Positions 26,457 to 44,529 of a stretch of DNA of 64,000 nucleotides are shown here, in pieces; positions within the stretch are counted from its first letter, which is position 1; every line of letters begins with the position of its first letter. A model generated the notes under the pieces. That model was not told the origin of the DNA. It was given only the letters and a program-made list of their open reading frames with translations, and ran no database searches. This stretch comes from the human T2T-CHM13v2.0 reference genome, Homo sapiens: assembly GCF_009914755.1 (NCBI RefSeq), contig NC_060933.1. One strand, given 5' to 3'. Both the position numbers and the translations under genes were made by a program.

Positions 26457-26916
26457 ATTTGTCATTTTTTATTGTAGGTACACTAGTGGGTGTTAAGTGA
26501 TATCTGCTTGTGGTTTTGATTTTGCGTTTTCTTGATGGCTTGTGATGTTAGGCTTTTTCTTCATGCGCTTATTGGACACTCTTATATCTTCTTCACAAAA
26601 ATGTCTATTTAAATATTTTGCCTATTTTTATGTATTTTTCCTTTTTACTGTTGAGCTGTAAAATTTATTTGTGCATTTTGGATACAGATTTCTAATCAAA
26701 TATATAAGTTGCAAACATTTTCTTCACTTTTCTGGTTGTCGTTTTATTTTCTTTGTTACATCCTTTGAAACACAAATGTTTCTAATTTTGATGAAGCCCA
26801 GTACATTTTCTTTTATCACTGTGCTTTTGGTGCCATATCTAAGAAACTACTGCCAAATCCAAGGCCATAAAGATTTATTGTTATTTTTTATTCTAAGAGT
26901 TTTATAGTTTTGCAAT

Positions 26917-27190
26917 TCAGAAACTTAAAATCAAATACTGCATGTTCTTACTTAAAAACGGGAAATACATAATGCGTAAACATGAACAAAGAGTGTAAAA
27001 TGATAAGACACTGTAGACTCAGAAGGGTGAGAGGGTGGGAAGGAGAAGGGTGATGAGAAATTACTTAGTGGATACAGTGTACATTGTTCCAGTGATAAAC
27101 ACACTAAAAGCTCAGACTTCACTCCTACCCCATATACCCATGTAACAAAATTGCACTTGCACTCCTTAAATTTATACAATTTTAAAAAAT
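26917..27190 (+). mobile_element. L1MA-type 3' end fragment
   Basis: aatactgcatgttctta...gggtgatgagaaattactta...gacttcactcctacccaatatacccatgtaacaaaattgcacttg-like text. Confidence 0.7.
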
Positions 27191-28009
27191 GGTTTTAGAG
27201 TTTTGGTTCTATGATTAATTTTATAATGTTTTATTGTGGTAAAGCCTATGTAATAAGCTTTGCCATTTTAAACATAAAATTCGGAGGCATTAATTACATT
27301 CATAATGTTGTGCAATCATCAAAACTATGTATTTCCAAAAAGTTTTTTCACCCCAAACTGAAACTCTGTACTCATTAAGCAATAACTCCTCATTCTCCCT
27401 TTCCTCCCAAGTCCCTGGTAGGAATAAATTTTATGGTATTTTAATTAATTTAAATGTAAAAAACTAAATGCAGCTGGTGGCTATCATACGGGACCTCACA
27501 GTTCTAACACCACCAGTATCAACCCCTGGACAGATATAATCATTTCTAAGCTGCCTTTGCATTTCTTATTATTCTATTTATGGTAATCTGTAATCTATTC
27601 TCCCACAAAGCTGGACTATTCCTGTAAGAACATATCTTATACCATTTCATTCCCAGCTCTGAATCCTCCAGTGGTTACCTATGACAATTAACAAAGAAAT
27701 CCAAGCTCTTTACTATGGTCTGTATTTATCTGCTCCTCAGAGTGTGCATTCTCCTTTCCGCCTCCCAGTGCCTGCAGCCTGACTGGTCTTTGTAGTGATC
27801 TTTGAGCTCATCAAGTGCTGTCTGTATTCAGACTCTGCACAGTGTCTCTTCTCTCTGCCCTCTAGACATTCGCTTAACTCACTCCGTCATACCATTCTGA
27901 CCTGCTCAAGTGTCATCTCCTCAAAAAGATTGTTCCAGAGCTCTCTATCTAAAGTAGCAGTCCCTGACACCCTGAATGTGATTACCCTACCTTATTTTCT
28001 TTGTATTAT

Positions 28010-28175
<166 letters not shown>

Positions 28176-28464
28176 TTTCTTCATAGCGCTTAGTACATCC
28201 ATCACTTTAGTGTGCAACTGTTTGTGCATTTATGTTCTATCTCTGTCACTATACTGCAAGCTCCATAAAGACAGACCTTCTCTCTCCAGTTCCCATAATA
28301 CTACCCAGCATAAAATAGGCTGTAAGTAAACATTTATTGACTACATAAAAGAAGAATCTTATTCATGTCAAGGCTGTAATCTATGTTAGACTCAAAGAGA
28401 TAGTCTCCTGACTAAATAGAAGTGTTTCTTTATTAAAGCATGCCTTTAAAAAAAGTATTGCACA

Positions 28465-29648
<1,184 letters not shown>

Positions 29649-29666
29649 TACATGTACAAATTAGAG

Positions 29667-30035
29667 TACACCATGGAATGTTACGCAGCCATAAAAAATC
29701 ATGAGTTCATGTTCTTTGCAGGGACATGGATGAAACTAGAAGTCATCATTGTCAGCAAACTAACACAGGAACAGAACACCAAACAGTGCATGTTCTCACT
29801 CATAAATGGGAGTTGAACAATGAGAACACATGGACACACGGAGGGGAACATCACACACAGAGGCCTGTCAGGGGTTGGAGGGGAAGAGGAGGGAGAGCAT
29901 TAGACAAATACCTCATGTATGTGGGGCTTAAAACTTAGATTACAGGTTGATAGATGGAGCGAACCACCACAGCACATGTATACCTATGTAACAAACCTGT
30001 ACATTCTGCACATGTATCCCAGAACTTAAAGTAAA
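29667..30035 (+). mobile_element. L1PA 3' end
   Basis: tacaccatggaatg..gcagccataaaaaa...tgtaacaaacctgtacattctgcacatgtatcccagaacttaaagtaaaa. Confidence 0.9.
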
Positions 30036-30079
30036 ATTTTTAAAACAGATATAAATATTGTATACATAAAAAAGACACA

Positions 30080-30810
30080 CAATGTTTATGAATAGAAAGA
30101 TTTTATATTGTAAATAAGTCATTTCTACTCATTAAATTATGGTTGAATGCAATCCTACTCAAAATCCTATCAGGTAATTTGAAAATTGACAAGCTAATTT
30201 AAAATTTTTTTGAAAATTTAAAAGGACAAGAAGAACCAAGAAAGTCCTGAAGAAGAACAGAGCTCAAGAATGTATACCATCAGATGTCTCCAACTTTATT
30301 ACAATTAAAATAAGATGGTATTAGCAGGACATACAAATAGAGAAACAAAAAACAAACTCATACTTACACCATCACCTGATTTATGACAAGGGTGAAACTG
30401 CAGTGCAGTGAGGAAATAATAATCTTCTCAATAAATGGTGGTAGATAATTTGGATATCAATATGGGGGAATAAAAGACTTTAACCCTTGTCTTGTGTCAC
30501 AAACAAAAGTCAATCGTAGGTGGGTTATAAAGCTCAATCTGAAATGTTAAAAATTTTAAAAAAAAGCTTCTGTAACATAGAAGAATATCTTTATGACAAT
30601 GGGGTAGACAAAAATTTCTTAAGCAAGACTAAATAAGCGTTAACTACACAGAAAAAGTCTGATAAATTGAACTACATTAAAATTAAGAAATTGGTATTAA
30701 CGAAGTCACCATTAAGAGAAAGAAAAGACAAGTTAAATTGGGAGAAGATATCTGCAATGTTTAGGTCCAGTCAAAAACTTATATCCAGAATATATAAAAA
30801 TTTCCTACAA
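30080..30810 (+). mobile_element. Old L1 (L1M) ORF2 fragment
   Basis: Diverged ORF2-like text such as ctcaataaatggtg and tgggagaagatatctgcaat. Confidence 0.6.
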
Positions 30811-30850
30811 ATCTTCATGTATTCTGGATATAAATTTATGATTGGACATA

Positions 30851-33480
<2,630 letters not shown>

Positions 33481-34263
33481 TTATTAAAAATCATTGAAAT
33501 GTACACTTTTAAAAAAAAGAGTGTATTCTATCAGGATTCTGACTAGAGTGCTCTAGAGTATGACATAGGATAGGGAATGTCTTAACAAGCTTCAAAATTC
33601 TAGGAACAATGAAACTAGGAAAAAAGCTTTGAAAAATGCCAGGGATTCAACTGCCTCCCTGGCCTTTCCCTGCCAATCAATGTGCCCCAGCAGCCAATTT
33701 ACACAGCACTGTGTGCAGGCTTGTAAATAGACCTTCCAGTTCTGCTATAATCAAGACCTTATTGTCCATAACTCAATTTAGAGAAGGTTTAGCTGTCTAC
33801 CAACTCTTGTGCAGAGTTTCTGTGAAGTTTTGTTTTGGGTTGCAAGAATCTGGAAAACAAATGCAGACATTTTTGAGGAAGATTTTGAAATTTCTATTTA
33901 CAAGGTACCCAAAATGGGATGCAAACTTGAATTTGGTTGATCTTCTGAAATACATACCTGTGTTTTAAGATTTGCTTGAGCAAACCTTTAACCATGGAAA
34001 TTTGAAACAATGATTTCCAGGTTGAAATAATTCCAGTTTTGTCATATAAATACCACAAATGAATCTGTTTTAGCACAGGGTACAAATATCTTTTTTCCTT
34101 TTGTGCATTTGGCAATAGTGTGTTTTGGTAATAAAACATAGATCTGCATATTAATGAAACATAGCTCTGCATATTTTGTCTGGGGAAAATTAGCATTCTG
34201 TGAACAAAGTCAACAATTTCTGGCCTCGCATTAGTTTTCCTATTATAATTAAAACTTAGTTTT

Positions 34264-34584
34264 GGCCAGGCGTGGTGGCTCATGCCTGTAATCCCCGCAA
34301 TTTGGGAGGCCAAAGCAGGCGGATCACGAGGCCAGGAGGTCGAGACCATCCTGGCTAACATGGTGAAACCCCGTCTCTACTAAAAATACAAAAAAAAAAA
34401 AATTAGCCAGGTGTGGTGGTGGGCACCTGTAGTCCCAGCTACTCAGGAGGCTGAGGCAGGAGAATGGCATGAACCTGGGAGGCAGAGCTTGCAGCGAGCT
34501 GAGATCACACCACTGCACTCTAGCCTGGATGACAGAGTGAGACTCTGTCAAAAAAAAAACAAAAACAAAAACAAACAAAAAAAC
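34264..34584 (+). mobile_element. AluY-like
   Basis: Full Alu with (CAAAAA)n tail; TSD ACTTAGTTTT. Confidence 0.95.
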
Positions 34585-35089
34585 ACTTAGTTTTGAAAAT
34601 ATCTTGGTGTTAAATTTCCAATGCTTCAATATTACAATTAAAACCTTGCTTTACTGAGAGCAGAAACATAATGCAGAAAAGAAAAAAGACCAACAGTCTC
34701 TAGATTGCTGAATTTATGTGGATATGATGGGGTTGGTGTTTAATGATTTCTCCCTTGAATCATAGCAAAGATGCTTTTGTGAAGCATAGCTCTTTCATAA
34801 ATATACTTTCCAACCATTCAGCACGACCTATCTTTTGGTTTCTTTTGCTTTGTGTTTCTGCTCTGATATCATTTCTGGAAACAAATTACAGTAACAAATT
34901 TATTGAGAGCTGGCATTGTGAATTGTGCCTAGGATTTAATTCATAAAGGGAAGGTGAATTCTGCTGAAAGGTGCTTAACACACTGCCCCCCAAATCAAGA
35001 GAAACAGGCCATTCTGGGACACCATAGCCTGTCTCACACAGGGGTCAGGAAGCAGAGATATCAGGGAATTGGGACTATGTCTTTATGAT

Positions 35090-36670
35090 AGATATGGTTA
35101 GGCTTTGTGTGCCCCCATCTCATCTTGAATTGTAATCCCCAGGTGTTAAGGGACACACCTGGTGGGAGGTGATTGGATCATGGGGGGTGGTTTCCCCCAT
35201 GCTGTTCTTGTGACACTGAGTGAATTCTCATGAATTCTGATGGTTTTATAAATCGAAGTTTTTTCTGCACACACATGTTCTTTCTCCTGCTGCCATGTAA
35301 GAAGGTCCAGTTTGCTTCTCCTTTGCCTTTTGCCATGATTGTAAGTTTCCTGAGGCCTCCCCAGCTATGAGTAACTGTGAGTCAATTTAACCTTTTTGCT
35401 TTATAAATTACCCAGTCTTGGGAAGATTTTTATTGCAGTGTGAGAATGGACTATTATAGTAAATTCGTGCTGGTAGAGTTGGGTACTGCTGTAAAGATAC
35501 CCATCAATGTAAAAGCGACTTTGGGTCTGGAGATGGAGATGAGAAACCTATTGGGAACTAGAGCAAAGGTCACTCTTGCTATGCTTAAGCAGAGACTGGC
35601 AGCATTTTCCCCCCTGCCCTAAAGAGCTGTGGAACTTTGAACTTAGATTATCTGAAATTGAAACTTACGTTTAAAAGGGAAGCAGAGCATAAAAGTTTGG
35701 AAAAATTTGCAGCCTGATAATGCTATAGAAAAGACAAACCCATTATTTGGGGAAAAATTCAAGCCAGCTGCAAAAATTTGCATAAGCCACAGGGAGCCTA
35801 ATGTTAATCACCAAGACAATGGGGAAAATGTCTCCAGGGCATGTCAGAGACCTTCACAGAAGCCTTTCCCATCACAGACCAGGAGGTCTAAGAGGAAAAA
35901 ATGGCTTTGTGTGCAGGGTCCAGGCCTTGCTGCTTTGTGCAGCCTCAGTACTTGGTGCCCTGTGTCCCAGCCACTACATCTGTGGCTAAAAGGGGCCAAG
36001 GTACAGTTCAGACCATTGCTTCTGTAGGTACAAGCCCCAAGCTTTGTTGGCTTCCATGTGGTGTTGAGCATGTGAGTGCACAGAAGTCAAGAATTGGGGT
36101 TTGGGAACCTCCACCTGGATTTCAGAGGATGTAAGGAAAAGCCTGGATATACAGGCAGATGTTTGCTGCAGGGGTGGAGCCCTCATGGAGAACCTCTGTT
36201 AGGGCAGTGCAGAAGAGAAATGTGAGGTCAGAGCCTTCACACACAGTCCCCACTGAGGCACTGCCTAGTGGAGCTGTGAGAAGAGAGCCACTATTCTCCA
36301 GATCCCAGAATGGTAGATCAACCAACAGCTTGCACTGTACATCTGGAAAAGCTGCAGACACTCAATGCCAGCCTATGAAAGCAGCTTGGAATGGGGCTGT
36401 ACCCTGCAAAGGCACAGGGGCAGAGCTGCCCAAGACCATGAGAGTCTACTTCTTCCACCAGTGTGACCTGAATGTGAGACATAGAGTCAAAGGAGATTAT
36501 TTTGGAGCTGTAAAATTCAATGAATACCCTGCTGGATTCTGGACTTGCATGGGGCTTTTAGCCCCTTTGTTTTGTCCAATTCTCCTATATGGAATGGGAA
36601 CATCCTCATCCAATGCCTGTACCCTCATTGTATCTTAGAAGTAATTAACTTGGTTTTGATTTTATAGGCC
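35090..36670 (+). mobile_element. THE1 (MaLR, THE1D-like) LTR 35090-35458 plus internal region; no 3' LTR
   Basis: gatatggttaggctttgtgt..aattgtaatcccca..gagaatggactattata then MaLR-internal text (agagactggcagcatttt, ccactgaggcactgcctagtggagctgtgagaag). Confidence 0.88.
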
Positions 36671-37914
36671 ATGCTAATCAGCATTCAGTTCTAGATTCCA
36701 ATTTATTCTCAGTGTGCCTGTATAACTTTTCTTTCTATATATATATAATTAAATTTCTATTACTTATTTGAATGTTATAGAATACTGTTCATATATTTAA
36801 AATAAAACCACCAGGTATAATGATTTCTGGCTTAGTATAAAAAAGCTTTTACCCAGTTAGTGTTATTTACACAGGTGGATGTGGCTCTACAACATTTAGA
36901 GAAGAAGAATAAATTCAGCTGTCATATGTTGCCATGACTCTGCCTCTGAAGAGATTATGAAAAAATCCAAATTTCAGCAAAATTATATGGTTGTTTTCAG
37001 TACCTCTGAAGGTGCTATATCAAGAATTCTCATGCTACTCTTTGAGAAAACAGATTGCGTTTTTACCTAGAAAATCAACTGCAAGGCATTTTTATAACCT
37101 TACCCCAAGTAAAAAAAATACATTGAAATATACTAATAAATGCAGACTACATTACTTGAAAAATGGTAATACAGAATGCCACTTTTAATATTTGAAAATA
37201 TGAATTTTTGGTAGAAATAATGTAAAATAAAGCTTCTGGTAAGCCTTAGGCAGTTAAATTTACATCAGTGTAAAGTAGGATGAAAATCTGTAAAAAATAA
37301 AAACAAAAAAACAAACAAAAACCTACACCAAAAAAACCCTAACATCCACCAATGCATACATATTGATCTTTGTGCTGGGAAAATCTAAAGCAGAACATTT
37401 TGGTAAACTTGATAGTTATTTATTTTGACTATATTGGCATGTTGATAAAACTACTTATATTTAATTTGAGTGAAACATGTCCACATTATTAAAAGTGTTG
37501 CTTTGTACTATGAATGATGGATGTAAAGTCTTGATCCTCATCCAAATAAATATGGCAACACTTTCTTCTGCTTCTTTCAAGCTGAGGCATTCTGAAAGCT
37601 CAAATTTGAAGTGAGAGGGACTTAACATCAGAGCCTGAAAAACCAAGAAGAATGAGGTAGGATGGTCAGCTCTGAAGCTCAGGGTGGCCTGGGGAAACTC
37701 AATATAATGATGTCAACTATGAAGCTTACTGGGTAAAACTACAAATAGGCCGATCTCATTTCACAGAGGTAAGCCGACACTCCCTTTTCCAAGAAAGTAA
37801 AAAAGAAAACAAGCAAATAAAACTAAAAATACAAACGTGAAAACATCATGGCTTAAATTTGGTGGGAAGAAGCCTCTGGGATCAAAAATAGTTGTGCCAA
37901 AAGAATTGAGCCAG

Positions 37915-38201
<287 letters not shown>

Positions 38202-38770
38202 AAAAGAATTGAGCCAGAATAAAATGTATTTAAGGGTTATTAAGGGGAATGTTTCTAGCACATAAGTGTTTGTTCCACGTCTTATTATATTAGGCAATAT
38301 CCTTTCATGTAATATCAGCTTCTCCAAGATAGGGATGTCAAAGAGAAACTAAGACAAATGCCTAATATGTCATAGGCATTTTGTTCTCAAATTTAACAAA
38401 CTTGTAATGATTATATAAATTTTACTGAACTGTGTTTTATGTATAAACCTCACCTAAAGGCATTATCCAGTACATCCAACCTTCAGTCTTTTCTGGGATG
38501 TTCTGTTGCCTGATTTCAAATAAAACTTATTGAAATTCTAGCAATTTCTCCAGTCCCAGATGTAAAAATGAGAAAGCAGAAATAAAGCCAAATTACCCCC
38601 AAAAGAATATGCATTATACGTATAGAACAAATGAACCCAAAACCACATAAGGTAAACAACAAAACTACTGGTTCAAAATTAAGCCTAACTTCAACAGTAC
38701 CAGGCAAAAACCATTTGTAAAAATTACCAAAGTCAAAATACAGAAACCGTTAGACTATTATGCCAATAAA

Positions 38771-39839
38771 TATCAGGGAACCTGCCCCGATAGTCAGGTA
38801 GGTTCTTTTCTATTTTCCCTAAGTGTCAGCTGGTTTGAGAAATAAAGGGTGAAAGTACAAAAGAGAGAAATTTTAAAGCTGGGCATCCAGGGGAGACATC
38901 ACAGGTCAGTAGGTTCCATGATGCCCCCCCAAGCCGCAAGACCAGCAAGTTTTTATTAGGGACTTTCAAAAGAGGAGGGAGTGTACGAATAGGCTGTGGG
39001 TCATAAAGATCACGTACTTCACAAGGTAATAGAATATCACAAGGCAAATGGAGGCAGGGCAAGATCACAGGACCACAGGACCAGGGCAAAATTAAAATTG
39101 CTAATGAGGTTTTGGACACCATTGTCATTGACAACATCTTATCAGGAGACAGGGTTTGAGAGCAACCGGTCTGACCAAAATTTATTAGGCAGGAATTTCC
39201 TCTTCCTAGTAAGACTGGGAGTGCTACAGGAGACTGGGGTTTATTTCATCCCTACAGTTTTGACCATCGAAGATGGCCACACCCAAGGGGGCCATTTATA
39301 GGCCCACCCTCAGGGGTGCATTCTCTTTCTCAGGGATGTTCCTTGCTGAGAAAAAGAATTCAGCGATATTTCTCCCATTTGCTTTTGAAAGAAGAGAAAT
39401 ATGGCTCTGTTCCACCTGGATCACCAGCAGTCAGAGTCTAAGGTTATCTCTCTTATTCCCTGAACAATTGCTGTTATCCTGTTCTTTTTTCAAGGTGTCC
39501 AGATTTCATATTGTTCAAACACACATGCTCTACAATCTGTGCAGTTAACGCAATTATCACAGGGTCCTGAGGTGACATACATCCTCCTCAGCTGACAGGA
39601 TTAAGAGATTAAAGTAAAGACAGGCATAGGAAATCACAAGGGTATTGATTTGGAAAGTGATAAGTGTCCATGAAATCTTCACAATTTGTGTTTAGAGATT
39701 GGAGTAAAGTCAGGCATAGGAAATTATAAAAGTATTAATTTGGGGAACTAATAAATGTCCATGAAATCATCACAGTCCACATTCTTCTGCCATAGCTTCA
39801 GCCGGTCCCCACATTTGGGGTCCCTGACTTCCCACAACA
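38771..39839 (-). mobile_element. MER11 (HERV-K11/HML-8) solo LTR
   Basis: Minus strand starts tgttgtgggaagtcagggacccc; 1069 bp; internal repeat of about 90 bp; 6-bp TSD AATAAA at 38765-38770 and 39840-39845. Confidence 0.9.
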
Positions 39840-40038
39840 AATAAAAAATTACCATTTAAAAAATACATTAAATATAACAGAACGTATACAATTACAATAA
39901 AATATTTTTAAATGATAATCTTATTTTCAAATATTTACCGTATTTAGACAAGACTTTTAATGAAAAATACTTATAGCTACAATGTATGAATTAAAACAGC
40001 CCTGGAAGAAATAGTAATTCTATTAATAATAAAGATTA

Positions 40039-40375
<337 letters not shown>

Positions 40376-41169
40376 CTAATGACCCAAATCAAGCTCAGAT
40401 GTGTTTGATTTTAAAATTCTCCTTTTTCCACTGTGGACAATGTTGATGTAACAGTTAAATCTTGGTCTCAGAGTTGGTGGTTGGGAATAAATCAAGGCAA
40501 GTACTATTATGCTTTGTTTTGTATTCTTTATCACCAACATTTTCTTCTCTAATATGTCAGTATTTACAATTGGACCACAGCTGACTTTTACTGAAGTCTA
40601 CTATAAAACATAGCTAAATTGAAAATTAATGTGATCACAAAATGATTTGTCATGAAAGCAGGTATATTTTTCAAGTTTCAGCTCAGTCACAAATTTGTAT
40701 GTATTTGAATTTTTTGAAAATTTCTGACATATACTCAAGTAAATATCAAATGTATTGTTTTATTCAATTTTTTGGATTCAATTAAAAAATAATTTTTATT
40801 CAAGTTTGTTGTTATATTTACTTTTGACCAAATTTGACTTTCCAAACAGGAAAAGCTAAAGCATTTTTTTCAAAGGTTCAAGGGACTTAAGCTTACTGGC
40901 ATCAAATGTTCTGTAGTAAAACAGGCAAATAAAACCTAATATTTTTATCAATAATAATTTAATAGTTTTATGTCTGAGAACCTAAGAATCAAAGACATCA
41001 ACTCCAGATGATGTCAATTGCATAATTACACTGGTAAGATAGAAAATGATTATCAGAATCTAACAAATGATGGATATGGCAACCTAACACCTGACAAAAC
41101 CATTCAGGATGTGTTAGACAAACAAGAAGGTACTACTAATGTAAAGCTTTTTCTTTCTCTAACTTTACT

Positions 41170-41469
41170 TTTTTTTTTTTTTTTTTGAGATGGAATCTCA
41201 CTCTGTTGCCCAGGCTGGAGTGCAGTGGTGCAGTCTCGGCTCACTGAAAGCTCCGCCTCCCGGGTTCACGCCATTCTCCTGCCTTAGCCTCCTGAGTGGC
41301 TGGGACTACAGGCGCCCGCCATGACACCTGGCTAATTTTTTATATTTTTTAGTAGAGACGGGCTTTCAAAATGTTAGCCAGGATGGTCTCAATCTCCTGA
41401 CCTTGTGATCCACCTCCCTCAGCCTCCCAAAGTGCTGATATTACAGGCATGAGCCACCGAGCCTGGCCC
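41170..41469 (-). mobile_element. AluY-like
   Basis: Reverse Alu; TSD AACTTTACT. Confidence 0.95.
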
Positions 41470-42551
41470 AACTTTACTCTTTATTCTCAACCTTACAACC
41501 ATCAGATACTCATGTACACAGAATAAGAAAAATTAACTTTTTTTCCTTGAAGGCAATGTTTCATCTTGTATTTTATAATATCTGTTCCACATTGCTGTGA
41601 CAATGCTGTTGAAGTGCACCTTCTTTCCTTCACCAAAAGATCACCTGTGTGAATTTGAATAGATGGTCACTGGAGGGGACCAGCTTGGCACATTGGATTG
41701 AATTGTCTCTTTGCTTTTCAGGGAAAGTGGCTTTGAAAAGACTGAAAATAAAGTGACTGCTGATTAAGCAGATGGCTTGCCATGTAAATAGGACAATTGT
41801 TTGAAAATCACATCGCATGAACTACAACTATTAAAATGTGAAATGCATGATGCAAATAGTGCACAAAAAAATAGAGTGAAAATGATGAATACAGCCATAA
41901 AAGACAGCCAAACTCCATTTTAGCAATAAAGTAAAATATAATCTGCTGTCAGGGGAAGGTAATTTGAAGTACTTGAGATGTTCTTTAATTTAAAAATCCA
42001 AAAATATTTTTAGCTTTAGTTACTATAAAACATGTTTAAGCATTTTCCATTTGAAATAAAATTTTAATTTCATGCTTTGTCAGTTTAGTTTCCCTAAATA
42101 AATAGAAAATAGTAAAATATCGCATACTAAAAAAATCAACTTCTTTGGTAATAAATCAGTTCAACTGTCAGACCAAAACATAGTTACATTTTACCCAATG
42201 TCATGCTGACCAATTTGATCAAATGCCACTTCCTTATAACTAAGAGAGATGCAAAGATGTAGACTTTATGTTGAGTGAGACAGGTAAGGATTACTAGGAG
42301 TTAGATAATTGTTTTATTAATCAAGGTCGATTTTAATTACTATTTTGTCTCTATGTTAATTAATGGTCTTGATTCAAGAAAATTTTTTTAAAAACTCGTC
42401 TTCTCAGTCAGGCAAAATATTAACAAAAAGGCATAGAAATGAAGGCATTTAACACAGTCATAGTTTACATTTTAAAATTAAAGTACTTCTAGAAATAAAA
42501 AAAAAAGAAAAACGATATAAAAACAAATGAACTTAATTTTTGGTGCAAAGC

Positions 42552-42816
42552 ACTCATTACTAAGCCTAACACAAATATTTTGGTAAAGGCTTTCTAACAC
42601 TGACATTCTTCTCATGACTTAAAAGAGCCACTAATTTTACTTTTGACATATATTTAGTTTACTTTTGACATATATTAGTTTATTTAGTTTTGACATATAT
42701 TTAGTTGACTCATTACTAAGCCTAACACAAATATTTTGGTAAAGGCTTTCTAACACTGACATTCTTCTCATGACTTAAAAGAGCCACTAATTTTACTTTT
42801 GACATATATTTAGTTT
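42552..42816 (+). repeat. Perfect 109-bp duplication with a templated spacer
   Basis: 42552-42660 is identical to 42708-42816; the spacer is built from pieces of acttttgacatatatttagttt. Confidence 0.93.
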
Positions 42817-42916
42817 TAATGTTAAAAGCTAAAAGGAGCCTATTATTTTATTTATAATTTGTGGTCTTCATGTACATCATCATCCATTGAGTCGACTAAA
42901 GTTTCTGAAAGTTTCA

Positions 42917-43120
<204 letters not shown>

Positions 43121-44130
43121 TTAATGACCACATGTGAAGTTTCTTTTGAACTAATTATAACTGCCTATTTTTATTGCTTTTTTTGCTCCTATTAGAAAAA
43201 ATATTAAAGTTCCTGTTACTACAAACACAATCTATTCAAATCTAAGCATAGTGCTTATCTTAAAAGATCTGTATGCTTGGAATTCTGGAAATCCTATTCT
43301 CCATTTAAAATACTGCTTTTCAGTAAGCCAAATGGGGCAATTGTGGCTCACAATCATAAATTATTAAATATTAATACCATCATCTAGATGGAACTTTTAG
43401 TTATCTGCATGTTCAAATGGATTTAACTTACAATAAGTCAGAAACTATAAATTTTTATAAACTAGAAAAATAAACAAAAAATATATTTATCAATGCATTG
43501 TTTTTCAGTTTTAAAATACTTAGCCCCAGGATTATTTCTAGTTGACATAACACTAGATTTCAGATGATGTGGATGTAGAAACTAGAAACATCCTGGTTGA
43601 CTCTGCTTCACTTTCTGCCTTCATTTAGCACACAAACATAGCAGCACAACGAAAGCCAGCAATGCTACCCCTTTTGAGAAGCACACCAGTGCCCTTCTAG
43701 GGAGAATATATGTGTGAAAAGATTCATCTGAAAGTCATGCCATCTTCTCTTTTATTTACAGACTTATACAAATAAAAATTTAACACTGCCATATAATCAG
43801 AAAATTATTCTAAAAATTCCTTCTGACACACTATTCTTTTTCACCAAAATGGCTGTGATGAAATGATTGCCTTTGCAGGACTGTTGTCTTAAGTAACCAA
43901 TACTCCCGTTTCATTGTTCTTGAACTTTAACCATAACGCTTTCATGCTTTTTCTAGAAATGTTATTTCCTAATTATGTCACTTAGGTATGATTACCATAG
44001 CTTCATATTTTCAAAAATGGTTCTAAAAAAACTTAAACCACTGACCATCTTTGTTTCCCAAAGGAGTAGACTAATAAATTAACACTATCATCTAGCATAC
44101 TGTAAATAGATGAAAAATAAAGATGTAGAG

Positions 44131-44328
44131 CAGGGGTGTCCAATCTTTTGGCTTCTCTGGGACACACTAGAAGAATTGTCTTGAGCCATACATAAAATAC
44201 ACCAATGATGATAAAAAAATCACAAAAAACTCATAATGTTTTTAGAAAGTTTATGAATTTCTTTAGGGCTGCACTGAAAGCCATAATGGGCCACATGCAG
44301 CCTGTAGGTCATGAGTTGGACAAGCTTG
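44131..44328. mobile_element. MER30-like hAT DNA transposon
   Basis: caggggtgtccaatcttttggcttc...ttggacaagcttg with inverted ends. Confidence 0.85.
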
Positions 44329-44529
44329 ATGTACAGTCATTTATTTTAGCTGCACACTCAAGACTAAGGCCAAGAGCTTTCAGAGAAAATAGCTTATAGG
44401 ATGTCAGGAGACCTATTATAGAAACATTCACCCCCATGTCTAAAGGGGACAAAATTCTATGTCTTCCACCCTTAATTCCAACCATTAACTAAAACTGGAG
44501 AAATCTAACATGGCATTATATCACAAAGT

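Noticed and set aside
33570-33849. Minus-strand reading SCNPKQNFTETLHKSW*...VMDNKVLIIAELEGLF as a coding exon
   Set aside because: About four stops in 90 codons and no recognisable homologue; kept only as a weak candidate exon.
35440-36638. Cluster of overlapping ORFs
   Set aside because: All lie in the GC-richer THE1 internal region and are degenerate MaLR sequence.
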